Shown: positions 19,236 to 28,421 of the stretch, one piece after another
How positions within the stretch are numbered: position 1 is the first letter of the stretch
How the letters are laid out: each line of letters opens with the position of its first letter
Origin: an uncultured Planctomycetales bacterium
GTDB lineage: Bacteria; Omnitrophota; Gorgyraeia; Zapsychrales; Fredricksoniimonadaceae
DNA length: 37,999 nucleotides
NCBI GenBank assembly: GCA_964400365.1
Contig: CAYNTZ010000001.1
Location: forward strand, 1 to 37,999
Reading direction: 5' to 3'
Made by a program: the position numbers and the translations under genes
Notes under the pieces: generated by a model
The model's database searches: none
What the model saw: only the letters and a program-made list of their open reading frames with translations
Told to the model about the DNA's origin: nothing

Positions 19236-20822
19236 TTAAACCTTGATGGTTTTAACAAAAAGGATGTTCTTGGTTTTACGCAAGGAATCAATAACCCCCT
19301 CAGGGATTTCACTATCCACATTAACCACTGAAACAGCTACGCCTTGGGCATTTTCACGGCCTAAGGTAATACCGGCAATATTAATAGAAGCCCCTGCCAA
19401 TAAGGTACCGATGGCTGCCACAATACCCGGCTTATCATTATTATTGATAAACAAGATATGCCCGACGGGAATTGCTTCCACGTAGACATTGTTCACCTTA
19501 ACGATGCGCGGCTGTTTATTACTCGATAAGGTGCCTAATAAAGCAAAGGGTTCTTTATCGGTGGTGATATCCAAGGCCACGGCATTGACATATTCGCCTT
19601 CCTGGGTTGAGACAACTTCCTGGATAGAAACACCGCGCTCCTTCATCATGTTCATGGCATTAATGGTGTTGACACCTTCACCTAACATGGGCGTCAATAA
19701 CCCCTTGGCCAAGGCCATGGTCACCGCGGCTGTCTTTTCCTTAGCCACGGCACCGCTATAGGTAATCTTCACATCCTTAATACGGCCTTGCACTAATTGG
19801 CCGGCGAATTTACCCATACGTTCGGCTAAATCCAAATAAGGTTCAATGGCTTTGTAGCTTTCGGCTGATAGCGACGGAAAGTTCGCTGCATTGCGAATAC
19901 CACGACCTAGCAGAGCATCCTTGACCGCGTTGGCAATTTCAATAGCTACATTAACCTGGGCTTCTGACGTTGACGCACCTAGATGCGGCGTAGTCACACA
20001 ATTATCTAATTTGAATAACGGGGAATTAAAATCCGGAGGCTCAACATCATAGACGTCCATGGCTGCACCGGCGATACGCTTATCTTGTAAGGCCTTAATT
20101 AAAGCCGCTTCGTCGATAATCCCACCGCGCGCGCAATTGACTAGACGCACGGATTTTTTCATCAGCGCAATTTGCTTATCGCTGATCATATTGGTGGTTT
20201 CATCGGTCTTGGGGATATGTACGGTGATGTAATCGGCGGTTTTATAAATCTCATCTAATTCCGTCAAGGTAATACCATTTTTAGCCGCAATCTCCGCCGA
20301 CAAAAATGGGTCATAGCCAATGGTCTTCATGCCAAAGGCTTGGGCCATCTTGGCGACCGTTGTCCCGATACGACCTAAACCGATAATGGCCAACGTCTTG
20401 CCGTATAATTCAATACCGGTGAATTTCGCCCGTTCCCATTTACCGCCACGCAAGGAAGCCACGGCTTGAGGAATATTGCGGGACAAAGCCATGATCATGC
20501 TCATGGTGTGTTCAGCCGTCGAGGTGGTGTTGCCAGCGGGAGTATTCATCGCGACAACCCCCTTCTTCGTTGCGGCAGGTAAATCCACATTATCCAAACC
20601 AACACCGGCGCGGCCAATCACCTTTAATTTATCGGCTGATTCCAAAATCTCGGCGGTCACCTGCGTGCCTGAGCGCACGATTAAAGCGTCGTAATCCTTG
20701 ATAATGGATTTTAATTCTGCGGCTGGAATACCAAATTTGCAATCCACCTGGAAATTCTTTTCGGCAGTTAAAATATCTAAACCTTCTTTTTCTAATTTGT
20801 CGCTAATTAAGATCTTAAACAT
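19236..20822 (-). CDS. serA: D-3-phosphoglycerate dehydrogenase, long form with C-terminal ASB and ACT domains
   Basis: 528 aa. It has the 2-hydroxyacid dehydrogenase NAD-binding motif GLGRIGTTVA, the catalytic region NCARGGIID...HLGAST, and a C-terminal ACT-like region. Confidence 0.93.
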   Translation of the reverse strand: MFKILISDKLEKEGLDILTAEKNFQVDCKFGIPAAELKSIIKDYDALIVRSGTQVTAEILESADKLKVIGRAGVGLDNVDLPAATKKGVVAMNTPAGNTTSTAEHTMSMIMALSRNIPQAVASLRGGKWERAKFTGIELYGKTLAIIGLGRIGTTVAKMAQAFGMKTIGYDPFLSAEIAAKNGITLTELDEIYKTADYITVHIPKTDETTNMISDKQIALMKKSVRLVNCARGGIIDEAALIKALQDKRIAGAAMDVYDVEPPDFNSPLFKLDNCVTTPHLGASTSEAQVNVAIEIANAVKDALLGRGIRNAANFPSLSAESYKAIEPYLDLAERMGKFAGQLVQGRIKDVKITYSGAVAKEKTAAVTMALAKGLLTPMLGEGVNTINAMNMMKERGVSIQEVVSTQEGEYVNAVALDITTDKEPFALLGTLSSNKQPRIVKVNNVYVEAIPVGHILFINNNDKPGIVAAIGTLLAGASINIAGITLGRENAQGVAVSVVNVDSEIPEGVIDSLRKTKNILFVKTIKV

Positions 20823-20840
20823 AAGAAATCTTTCTATTTA

Positions 20841-21980
20841 TTACGCGTTAAAATATTTCTGCGCGGCGGTTAAGGACGCGCCTAATTCGAATTTATGGCC
20901 TAATTGCTTCAACACTTTTTCCAAACAAGCCAAGCCCGTTAAAATATCAAATTCATCCAAGGCGCCCATGTGGGCCATGCGCACCACCTTGCCCTTTAAA
21001 GCATCCTGGCCACCGGCTAAGGTAATACCATAGGTATCACGCATAATCTTGGTTAATTTTTCACCGTCGATACCTGCCGGTAATTTCACCGCGCTCAACA
21101 CATTGGTGGCGCAATTAGCATCCGGGAAAAGCTCTAAACCAATCGCCTTGCAACCAACCCTGGTTCCTTGCGCTAAACGGATAAAATGCGCGAACATGTT
21201 TTCCAGCCCGCGTTCACGGATCATCTTTAAACTTTCAGCCATGGCAATCACCACACCGATGGCTGGCGTAAAAGGCGTATCCGCCTTTTCCATAGCCTTC
21301 TTGCATTCACGCAAATCAAAATAATAACGCGGGGATGCGCAGGCATTAATCGCAGCAACCGCTTTGGCGGAAGCCGTAACAAAAGCAACACCGGGGGGCA
21401 ACATCAACCCCTTATGGGAACCGGAACAAATCATATCCACATTCCAAGCATCTTGACGAATTTCCTGCACAGCCAAACCAGACACTGCATCAACCACTAA
21501 AATAGCTTTATAATTCTTTACCACTTCACCGATCGCTTTCACATCAGGGGTCACACCCGTCGATGTTTCAGCCAAGGTAATAAATACTGCCTTGGTATCA
21601 GGATGGGCATCCAACAAACCCTTGATCTCAACAGCGGTAGGAGCCTTGCCCCATTGCACCTTATGCACAATTGTATTAGCCTTATAGGTCTGGCACAACT
21701 CAACCCAGCGTTCACCAAATTTACCGCCATCAACCGCAATGGCCTTGTCTCCTGGTGCCAATAAGTTAACCACCGATGCTTCCATCGCCGCAGAACCAGA
21801 ACCCGCCAGGATATAGACATCGCTCGTGGTAAAACAAATTTCCTTTAAACCAGCTACCACCTCCTTAAGATATTCCTGAAATTGCGGTGTGCGGTGATGG
21901 ATAATAGGGCGACCCAATACTTCACATAATTGCGGTGGAACCTGTGTTGGCCCTGGCGTTAACAACAAATTGCGTTTCAT
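20841..21980 (-). CDS. Class V PLP-dependent aminotransferase (AGXT/SerC-like; probable phosphoserine aminotransferase partner of SerA)
   Basis: 379 aa. The PLP-lysine context is SGSHKGLMLPPG, with class V fold similarity. It lies immediately upstream of serA with an 18-nt gap. The substrate is inferred from context only. Confidence 0.8.
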   Translation of the reverse strand: MKRNLLLTPGPTQVPPQLCEVLGRPIIHHRTPQFQEYLKEVVAGLKEICFTTSDVYILAGSGSAAMEASVVNLLAPGDKAIAVDGGKFGERWVELCQTYKANTIVHKVQWGKAPTAVEIKGLLDAHPDTKAVFITLAETSTGVTPDVKAIGEVVKNYKAILVVDAVSGLAVQEIRQDAWNVDMICSGSHKGLMLPPGVAFVTASAKAVAAINACASPRYYFDLRECKKAMEKADTPFTPAIGVVIAMAESLKMIRERGLENMFAHFIRLAQGTRVGCKAIGLELFPDANCATNVLSAVKLPAGIDGEKLTKIMRDTYGITLAGGQDALKGKVVRMAHMGALDEFDILTGLACLEKVLKQLGHKFELGASLTAAQKYFNA

Positions 21981-22011
21981 GACAATTGCCTTTCAATAAT
22001 AGATGATAAAA

Positions 22012-22632
22012 TTATTTGCTTGTTGGCGTTTGAATTGATCCAAAGGTTGTAATAACCCCATCAACTAAACCATAATCCTTGGCTTCCTGGGCGGACATAA
22101 AGAAATCACGGTCCGTATCCTTGGTTACCTTTTCAACCGTTTGCCCGGAATGCTTGGCTAAAATAGCATTTAATTCATGCTTCATGCGTAAAATCTCTTC
22201 CGCCTGAATAGAAATATCCGACGCCGTACCCTGTGCACCGCCCCAAGGCTGGTGAATCATGATACGCGCATTAGGCAAGGCAAAACGTTTACCCTTAGCC
22301 CCTGCTGTTAACAAGACAGCGCCCATACTAGCCGCCTGCCCTAAACAATAGGTGGCCACATCCGGCTTAATAAATTGCATCGTATCATAAATCGCCATCC
22401 CCGCCGTCACCGAACCACCAGGAGAATTCACATATAAATGCACATCCTTAGTCGGATCTTCAGACTGTAAAAATAATAACTGGGCAATAATTAAGTTAGC
22501 GACATTATCATCCACACCGGTGCCTAAAAAAATAATACGTTCTTTCAGCAAACGGGAATAAATATCATACGCACGTTCACCCTGACCAGTTTTCTCAATG
22601 ACCATCGGGACTAATAATGACGACTTTATCAT
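22012..22632 (-). CDS. clpP: ATP-dependent Clp protease proteolytic subunit
   Basis: 206 aa. The catalytic Ser is in GQAASMGA, the His in RIMIHQP and the Asp in DTDRD. The SD is AGGAGA. Confidence 0.95.
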   Translation of the reverse strand: MIKSSLLVPMVIEKTGQGERAYDIYSRLLKERIIFLGTGVDDNVANLIIAQLLFLQSEDPTKDVHLYVNSPGGSVTAGMAIYDTMQFIKPDVATYCLGQAASMGAVLLTAGAKGKRFALPNARIMIHQPWGGAQGTASDISIQAEEILRMKHELNAILAKHSGQTVEKVTKDTDRDFFMSAQEAKDYGLVDGVITTFGSIQTPTSK

Positions 22633-22702
22633 ATTCTCTCCTGTTTATTAATGTAGGTACATATCCCTTAATTAAGCTTACTTTAGCAAGGCGGCGTTGG
22701 TA

Positions 22703-22817
22703 AATATTGTGAATGCCACTCTAATGCCTTGCACAATCTTCCATGTTTAACTTGCCGCGGAGCGGCAGGTATATTATTGGAAAGATTGTTCAGGCATTTC
22801 GTGGCTGAACAATGTTT
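22703..22817. repeat. Nested inverted-repeat structure in the tig-clpP intergenic region
   Basis: Arm D (22703-22740) contains ATTGTG...CACAAT. Arm B (22781-22817) is AAAGATTGTTCAG-N11-CTGAACAATGTTT, a 13-bp stem with 1 mismatch. The reverse complement of B matches D at about 26 of 35 positions, so the two arms are inverted copies of one module. A GC hairpin, TGCCGC-GGA-GCGGCA (22753-22767), sits between them. Confidence 0.55.
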
Positions 22818-22868
22818 ACCAATGACGCCTTCACCGCACACATTAATAGGCACGTGTCCCCTATTTAA

Positions 22869-23762
22869 TTACTTCGCATCTTCCCACTTAGCTTCTTTTA
22901 ACAACAACTCAATGACCTTACCCGGCAATGACTCATTTTGAGACGCCACTTCAATCTTCTCGAGCTTGGCAATCTCTTCTAAAATCAGGTAGATCTTCAC
23001 ATCACGCTCAACCAAGGGCTCCAATTGCGTCGTGACTTCCGCCTGCTTCTTGACCAACTCCTCATCCTTCATACCCTGTTTCTTCAACCGATTCAAGGTT
23101 TCATTCAAGCGGTATTGCAATTGGCGCTTTACCAAGGATTGAGGAACAACCAATTTAGCATTTTTCAATAAATCTTCAACTAATTGATTCTCTACTTCCA
23201 TGCGGTTTTGGCGGTCCTTATCAAATTCCAATTGGCGCTTTAAGGCTGACTTAAATTCCTCGAGGCTAGGGAAACCCATACCCTTGGCAAAGGCATCATC
23301 AATAGTCACTTCCTTATCACCCTGACCTTTTTTAAAGAAATCCAAGGTCTTGTTAATTTCTTCATCATTAACTTCAGCTTTTTTACGAACAACCTTAATC
23401 CCTTTGTATTCGCCTAATTTCACCTCCGGGCGGATATCCAAGGTAGCGGTAAAGGTCAAAATCCCTTCCTTAAGACTCACATCAGAAATTTCCGGCAGGT
23501 CGATCGGGTCAAGCTTATGCTCGCCAAGGCCTTGATGGTAGACTTGAGGGATTAATTTCTTAATCGTTTCATCTTGAGCCACCTTGCCATGGGAAGCCAC
23601 TAACAAATTACGCGGCACCTTACCTGGGCGAAAACCTTTGACCTTGGCATGCTTGCCAATTTCCACATAAATTTCATCCATCGCCTTGGTGACAATCTCG
23701 CGAGGGACTTCAAATTTCATTTCACGCTTTAATGCATCGACTTTCTTAACTTCAACTTTCAT
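22869..23762 (-). CDS. tig: Trigger factor, short form lacking the PPIase (FKBP) domain
   Basis: 297 aa. The N-terminal ribosome-binding domain carries the GFRPGKVP signature. Sequence then passes directly from the N-domain/linker region (NDEEINKTLDFFKKGQG) to C-domain-like sequence (DDAFAKGMGFPSLEEFKSALKRQLEFD). It sits upstream of clpP, as is usual. Confidence 0.85.
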   Translation of the reverse strand: MKVEVKKVDALKREMKFEVPREIVTKAMDEIYVEIGKHAKVKGFRPGKVPRNLLVASHGKVAQDETIKKLIPQVYHQGLGEHKLDPIDLPEISDVSLKEGILTFTATLDIRPEVKLGEYKGIKVVRKKAEVNDEEINKTLDFFKKGQGDKEVTIDDAFAKGMGFPSLEEFKSALKRQLEFDKDRQNRMEVENQLVEDLLKNAKLVVPQSLVKRQLQYRLNETLNRLKKQGMKDEELVKKQAEVTTQLEPLVERDVKIYLILEEIAKLEKIEVASQNESLPGKVIELLLKEAKWEDAK

Positions 23763-23819
23763 GATACTTCCCTTTCTGATTATTTCAACTTTACAAACTT
23801 ACCCCACATTGAATACAGC

Positions 23820-24542
23820 CTACATGGAGAACTTTTCACCTAAATAAATCTTGCGCGCCTTAGGATCATTAATCAAATCCTGCGCCGTCCCTGAAATCAA
23901 CACACGGCCATCCGCCACCAAATAAGCACGGTCTGTAATCGACAATGTCTCACGCACGTTATGGTCCGTTAATAAAATACCAAGCCCGCGCTTCTTTAAA
24001 TCTTTAATAATTTCCTGTGCTTCAGCCACCACAATCGGGTCAATGCCAGAAAATGGCTCGTCGAGCAGCAAGAACGATGGGTTGGTGACCAAGGCCCTGG
24101 TGATTTCCAGACGACGACGCTCTCCCCCGGACAGGGTAAAAGCCTTTGAACGGGCCAGATGCGAAATATTTAGTTCCTCTAATAACGATTCCAAACGCCG
24201 CTTACGCTCAGCAGGGCTTATCGGCAGCGTTTCCAATATCGCTAGGATATTTTCTTCCACTGTCAATTTACGGAAAATTGATGATTCCTGGGCCAAATAC
24301 CCCATACCTAGGCGGCAACGCTCATGGATAGGCTTCTTGGTGATGTCTTCCTGGTCAAAAATAACCTGGCCCTGGTCAGGATTAACAATACCAACCACCA
24401 TATAAAAAGAAGTCGTCTTCCCCGCCCCATTAGGCCCTAACAAACCAACAATCTCAGAACGGCCAACCGTAATGCTCAAGCCATCAACAACCCGCCGGCC
24501 ATTGTAAATCTTAACCAAGTTTTTAGCTTCCAATAAGCGCAT
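23820..24542 (-). CDS. lptB: LPS export ABC transporter ATP-binding protein LptB
   Basis: Walker A is GPNGAGKTT. The LptB-typical YLAQESSIFRKLTVEENI is present, along with the signature LSGGERRR and Walker B LLLDEP. I trimmed the start from 24602 to the ATG at 24542 (MRLLEAKNL), 1 nt after the upstream stop. Confidence 0.93.
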   Translation of the reverse strand: MRLLEAKNLVKIYNGRRVVDGLSITVGRSEIVGLLGPNGAGKTTSFYMVVGIVNPDQGQVIFDQEDITKKPIHERCRLGMGYLAQESSIFRKLTVEENILAILETLPISPAERKRRLESLLEELNISHLARSKAFTLSGGERRRLEITRALVTNPSFLLLDEPFSGIDPIVVAEAQEIIKDLKKRGLGILLTDHNVRETLSITDRAYLVADGRVLISGTAQDLINDPKARKIYLGEKFSM

Positions 24543-24543
24543 C

Positions 24544-25413
24544 TTAATTACCCAATTGCTGAAACATGCCGGAACCTGCCGTATCACCCGTGTCAAAAAC
24601 AATCTTAGGACGGCCAGACATCGTCAACACCTGACCATCCCCTTCATAAACCATCTCATCCGCATAAGAGGCGCTTTCACCCTGCACCACCTTCACGTTA
24701 CCTGAACACACCAACTTTTTAATTCTCTTGTTTTTTTCATCAAACCACACTTCCATTTTATCAGCATTCAACTCACGCCCCGTCGCCACTTCAATAGCCA
24801 CCACATTCTTATTAAAAACCGCGTACATCTTCACCTGATCCATCTGCATAGGGCCATCTGAAGTAATAGTCACCGTCTGTTTTGCTGACACAGCATTTGC
24901 GGCCGCTTTAGTCGAGGTATTGATAACCGCCTTCACATCTTCGTTTAATTGCGCTTTCTTTAAATTAGGCTGGGCCTTTAAGCCTGTCCCTGTAATTACA
25001 CCTTGCGCATCTTCAATCTTGACCCTATCCTTGGTGGTTACTAAATCCTTGTTGCGGTCCCAATCCAAACTATCTGTTTTCATTGTCGTGCCGCGTTCAG
25101 ATGTCACCACCACATTATCCTGCAAGCTTACCTCACCATTAACCTTATCAATAATTCCCTTGTCCGCCTTTAGATTGCCGTTCTGCTTACCGTAAAAATT
25201 AGCATCCACCTGGTCAACCTTAATCTTCACATCACCAATATCCGCCTTAGCACCATTAACCTCCCAAGACTTCTTACCATCATCGGTATACCCATTCAAA
25301 TTAAAACCTTCTAATTGCTGGGTAACGCCACTGGCCGATGACTCATCAGCCGCCAAGACCGCTGGAGAAAAAACTAACGGCACCAACATCAATACATACA
25401 GTTTAATGTTCAT
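24544..25413 (-). CDS. Periplasmic LPS-transport protein with tandem LptC-like and LptA/OstA_N-like halves
   Basis: 289 aa with a signal peptide or anchor (MNIKLYVLMLVPLVFSPAVLAAD). The N half (about aa 30-165) resembles LptC. The C half (about aa 175-289; ITSDGPMQMD...GNVKVVQGESASYADEMVYEG...LTMSG) resembles LptA. Its position between kdsC and lptB matches E. coli lptC-lptA. Confidence 0.72.
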   Translation of the reverse strand: MNIKLYVLMLVPLVFSPAVLAADESSASGVTQQLEGFNLNGYTDDGKKSWEVNGAKADIGDVKIKVDQVDANFYGKQNGNLKADKGIIDKVNGEVSLQDNVVVTSERGTTMKTDSLDWDRNKDLVTTKDRVKIEDAQGVITGTGLKAQPNLKKAQLNEDVKAVINTSTKAAANAVSAKQTVTITSDGPMQMDQVKMYAVFNKNVVAIEVATGRELNADKMEVWFDEKNKRIKKLVCSGNVKVVQGESASYADEMVYEGDGQVLTMSGRPKIVFDTGDTAGSGMFQQLGN

Positions 25414-25912
25414 ACAGTTTTGGCTCCCATTGGCCCTGTGCCTTTAAAATTAACTCCACCGCTTCCCTGACCGCCCCACGTCCGCCTTTTTTCTTAGTGA
25501 CATAGTGGGCAATTTGCTTGACTTCACTGACCGCATTGGCGACAGCAACCGCAAAACCACTTCGCTTCATCACCACCAAATCAGCCACATCATCACCAAT
25601 GAAACAAACCTCATCGGCCGCGACATTAAACTCTTTAATCATTTGTTCAAAAGCCGTAATCTTTGGATATACCCCGACAAAAACCTTATCAATCTTTAAA
25701 TCTTCTGCCCGATGCGCTACCACCCCTGATTGGCGGGCTGAAATAATAACAGTCTTTAACCCACATTTTTGGGCAAAAACAATACCGAAACCGTCCTGCA
25801 CGTCAAAAAACTTACTCTCAACGCCGTGAGCATCAACAATAATGCGGCCGTCCGTCAAAACGCCATCCACATCCATTGCCAAAACCTTAATTCTTTTTAA
25901 CGCATCCTTCAT
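25403..25912 (-). CDS. kdsC: 3-deoxy-D-manno-octulosonate 8-phosphate phosphatase (HAD)
   Basis: 169 aa. It has the HAD motif I DVDGVLTDG, GDDVAD, and KdsC length. It sits in the kdsD-kdsC synteny. Confidence 0.88.
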   Translation of the reverse strand: MKDALKRIKVLAMDVDGVLTDGRIIVDAHGVESKFFDVQDGFGIVFAQKCGLKTVIISARQSGVVAHRAEDLKIDKVFVGVYPKITAFEQMIKEFNVAADEVCFIGDDVADLVVMKRSGFAVAVANAVSEVKQIAHYVTKKKGGRGAVREAVELILKAQGQWEPKLYEH

Positions 25913-26868
25913 TACACCAAACCTGCTTTCAACAAATCCTGCACATCAACCAAACCAACTATTCGTTTAGCCTTATCCACCACCGGAAGCTCATCAATTT
26001 TCCTAGTCTTTAACACCTCAAACGCTTCAGCCGCCAGCTTATCCTTGGAAATCGACGTAGGGTTCCTTGTCATTACCGCAGCAACGCTTAAAGAAAGTAC
26101 ATCTGCGTTAACCTCCAGATGACGACGCAAATCCCCATCCGTAAAAATACCCAACAACTTATGCTGAGCATCAACCACACAGGCAGAACCGCAACGCGCC
26201 TTGGTAATTGCCAACAGCACATCCTTAACCTTAGCCGTAGGCTTAACCTTGGCATACGCAGAACCTGCACGCATAATGTCTTCAACCTTCAACAATAAAC
26301 GCCGACCTAAACTTCCCCCCGGGTGATAAAAAGCAAAATCTTCCTTCTTAAATTTTTTGCGGTCTATTAAACACGCCGCTAAAGCATCCCCTAAAGCCAA
26401 GGTCACCGTTGTTGAGGCCATGGGCGCAACGCCTAAAGGGCAAGCTTCCTTGACGACATGGGTATTAAGAATGATGTCACTGTGGCGCGCCAAGGATGAT
26501 GCCATATTCCCCGTCATAGCAATCACCTTAACCCCAATTTTCTTAACCAAAGGCAACAGCCGCACCGTTTCTTCAGTTTCACCGCTTTGGGAAATAACTA
26601 TTAACACATCATCCTTTGCCACCTGGCCCAAATCCCCATGCACCGCTTCTGCGCTATGCAGGAATAGGCTAGGGGTACCCGTCGATGAAAATGTCGCCGC
26701 AATCTTACGCCCCACAATACCTGTCTTGCCCATCCCGCAAACAACCACACGCCCTGGACATTTAGCAATCAAGTTAATCGCTGCCGTAAAATTACCGTCC
26801 AATTGACGGATCAATTGGCGAATCGCATCAGCTTCAATGGTTAAAACTTCTTTAGCACGCTGTAACAT
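25912..26868 (-). CDS. kdsD: Arabinose-5-phosphate isomerase (SIS plus tandem CBS)
   Basis: 318 aa with a SIS domain (GMGKTGIVGRKIAATFSSTG, ISQSGETEE) followed by two CBS repeats. Confidence 0.92.
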   Translation of the reverse strand: MLQRAKEVLTIEADAIRQLIRQLDGNFTAAINLIAKCPGRVVVCGMGKTGIVGRKIAATFSSTGTPSLFLHSAEAVHGDLGQVAKDDVLIVISQSGETEETVRLLPLVKKIGVKVIAMTGNMASSLARHSDIILNTHVVKEACPLGVAPMASTTVTLALGDALAACLIDRKKFKKEDFAFYHPGGSLGRRLLLKVEDIMRAGSAYAKVKPTAKVKDVLLAITKARCGSACVVDAQHKLLGIFTDGDLRRHLEVNADVLSLSVAAVMTRNPTSISKDKLAAEAFEVLKTRKIDELPVVDKAKRIVGLVDVQDLLKAGLV

Positions 26869-26874
26869 AAAAAC

Positions 26875-27702
26875 CTACCTGCCTTTAACAACCTGGTCAA
26901 TGACTTTCAAATCTTTTAACAAAGCTTCCAACTTATTTAACGGAATCATATTAGGCCCATCTGATAAGGCCTTAGCTGGATTGGGATGCGTTTCAATAAA
27001 AACAGCATCAACACCCGCCGCTGCCGCACAACGGGCCAAAAGCGGCACATATTGGCTCTCACCACCCGAGGCATGACCCAAACCGCCAGGCTTTTGCACG
27101 CTATGGGTTGCATCAAAAACAACTGGGTAACCTAATTCACGCATGATTGATAAGGAACGAAAATCTGACACCAGGGTGTTATAACCAAAGGAAACGCCAC
27201 GCTCCGTCAATAAAAGTTTGCGGTTACCAGCCTCTTCCATTTTCTTGATAATCGCCTTGGCATCCCAGGGCGCTAAAAACTGACCCTTTTTCACATTTAC
27301 CACCCTACCTGTCCGGGCCGCAGCTACAATTAAATCTGTTTGGCGGCATAAAAAAGCGGGGATTTGAATAATATCCAACACTTCTGCTGCTAACTGAGCT
27401 TCATATTTATCATGCACATCACTAACAACAGGCACCCCTAATTTAGCTTTAATTTCAGCCAAAACCCTTAAACCCTCTTCAATCCCAGGCCCTCGAAAAG
27501 AATTAATGGACGTGCGGTTTGCCTTGTCATAGCTCGCCTTAAAAACAAAGGGAATCTTTAATTTAGCCGTCATCTTAACCAAGGTTTCAGCAATCTTAAA
27601 TGCGCTTTGCTTGGACTCAATCACGCATGGGCCTGCCATTAATACAAAAGGCTTATTACCGCCGATAACAAGCTTATTACCTACCTTAACCGTGCGAACC
27701 AT
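26875..27702 (-). CDS. kdsA: 2-dehydro-3-deoxyphosphooctonate aldolase (Kdo8P synthase)
   Basis: 275 aa with LMAGPCVIES, FKASYDKANRTS and DATHSVQKPGG. Confidence 0.95.
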   Translation of the reverse strand: MVRTVKVGNKLVIGGNKPFVLMAGPCVIESKQSAFKIAETLVKMTAKLKIPFVFKASYDKANRTSINSFRGPGIEEGLRVLAEIKAKLGVPVVSDVHDKYEAQLAAEVLDIIQIPAFLCRQTDLIVAAARTGRVVNVKKGQFLAPWDAKAIIKKMEEAGNRKLLLTERGVSFGYNTLVSDFRSLSIMRELGYPVVFDATHSVQKPGGLGHASGGESQYVPLLARCAAAAGVDAVFIETHPNPAKALSDGPNMIPLNKLEALLKDLKVIDQVVKGR

Positions 27703-28421
27703 TCTTCTGCCTTTGTTAAATCATCGGGCGTATCTACCGCGATGGATTCATATTTGGTCTCTACCGTCTTTATCTTGTAACCGCGTTCAAGAACGCGCAA
27801 CTGCTCTAACTGCTCTGCCGCCTCTAAAACACCTTTAGGCCAATCCTTATACTGCATTAAAAAATCTTTGCGGTACGCATAAAGCCCCAGATGCTTATAG
27901 CGCTTGACTCCTGCAGGTAACGACGCATTGCGATTAAACGGAATCGGCGCGCGGGAAAAATAAAGCGCGCACCCCTTATCATCCAGCACGCATTTAACAA
28001 TATTGGGGTTTAAAAAATCCGCTTCATCCGTAATTTCCTTAATCACCGTCGCCATTAAAGCAGCCTGGTCATTCTTCAATGCCGAAGCTAAACTATCAAT
28101 GGTTTGCGGATCAATAAAAGGCTCATCCCCTTGAATATTAACAACAATATCGACATCGGCTAAGGAGGCTATCGCCTGCGCAATGCGGTCGGAACCTGAA
28201 GGATGCCCTGGATCTGTCATCACTGCCCTTGCCCCAAAACCAACCGCCGCCTTTTGCACATCAAGATGGTCACAGGCAATAAGCACCTCATCCAACACCT
28301 TACACTGACAAGCCTTTTCCCACACATGCTGAATCATGGGCTTACCAGCAATCTTGGCTAAAACCTTCGCCGGAAAACGTGTTGACGCATACCGCGCTGG
28401 AATAACGCCTATTGTGCTCAT
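27681..28421 (-). CDS. kdsB: 3-deoxy-manno-octulosonate cytidylyltransferase (CMP-Kdo synthetase)
   Basis: 246 aa with IPARYASTRFPAKVL, NIQGDEPFI and LEQLRVLE. Confidence 0.93.
   Translation of the reverse strand: MSTIGVIPARYASTRFPAKVLAKIAGKPMIQHVWEKACQCKVLDEVLIACDHLDVQKAAVGFGARAVMTDPGHPSGSDRIAQAIASLADVDIVVNIQGDEPFIDPQTIDSLASALKNDQAALMATVIKEITDEADFLNPNIVKCVLDDKGCALYFSRAPIPFNRNASLPAGVKRYKHLGLYAYRKDFLMQYKDWPKGVLEAAEQLEQLRVLERGYKIKTVETKYESIAVDTPDDLTKAEEWFARLR

Noticed and set aside
22633-22868. Possible tRNA, CIRCE, CtsR box, or sigma32 or sigma54 promoter upstream of clpP
   Set aside because: There is no cloverleaf or T-loop consensus. No TTAGCACTC-N9-GAGTGCTAA element and no GGTCAAA direct repeats are present. 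CTTGCTA-N18-GATATGT is a poor sigma32 match. The TGG...TTG spacing is wrong for sigma54.
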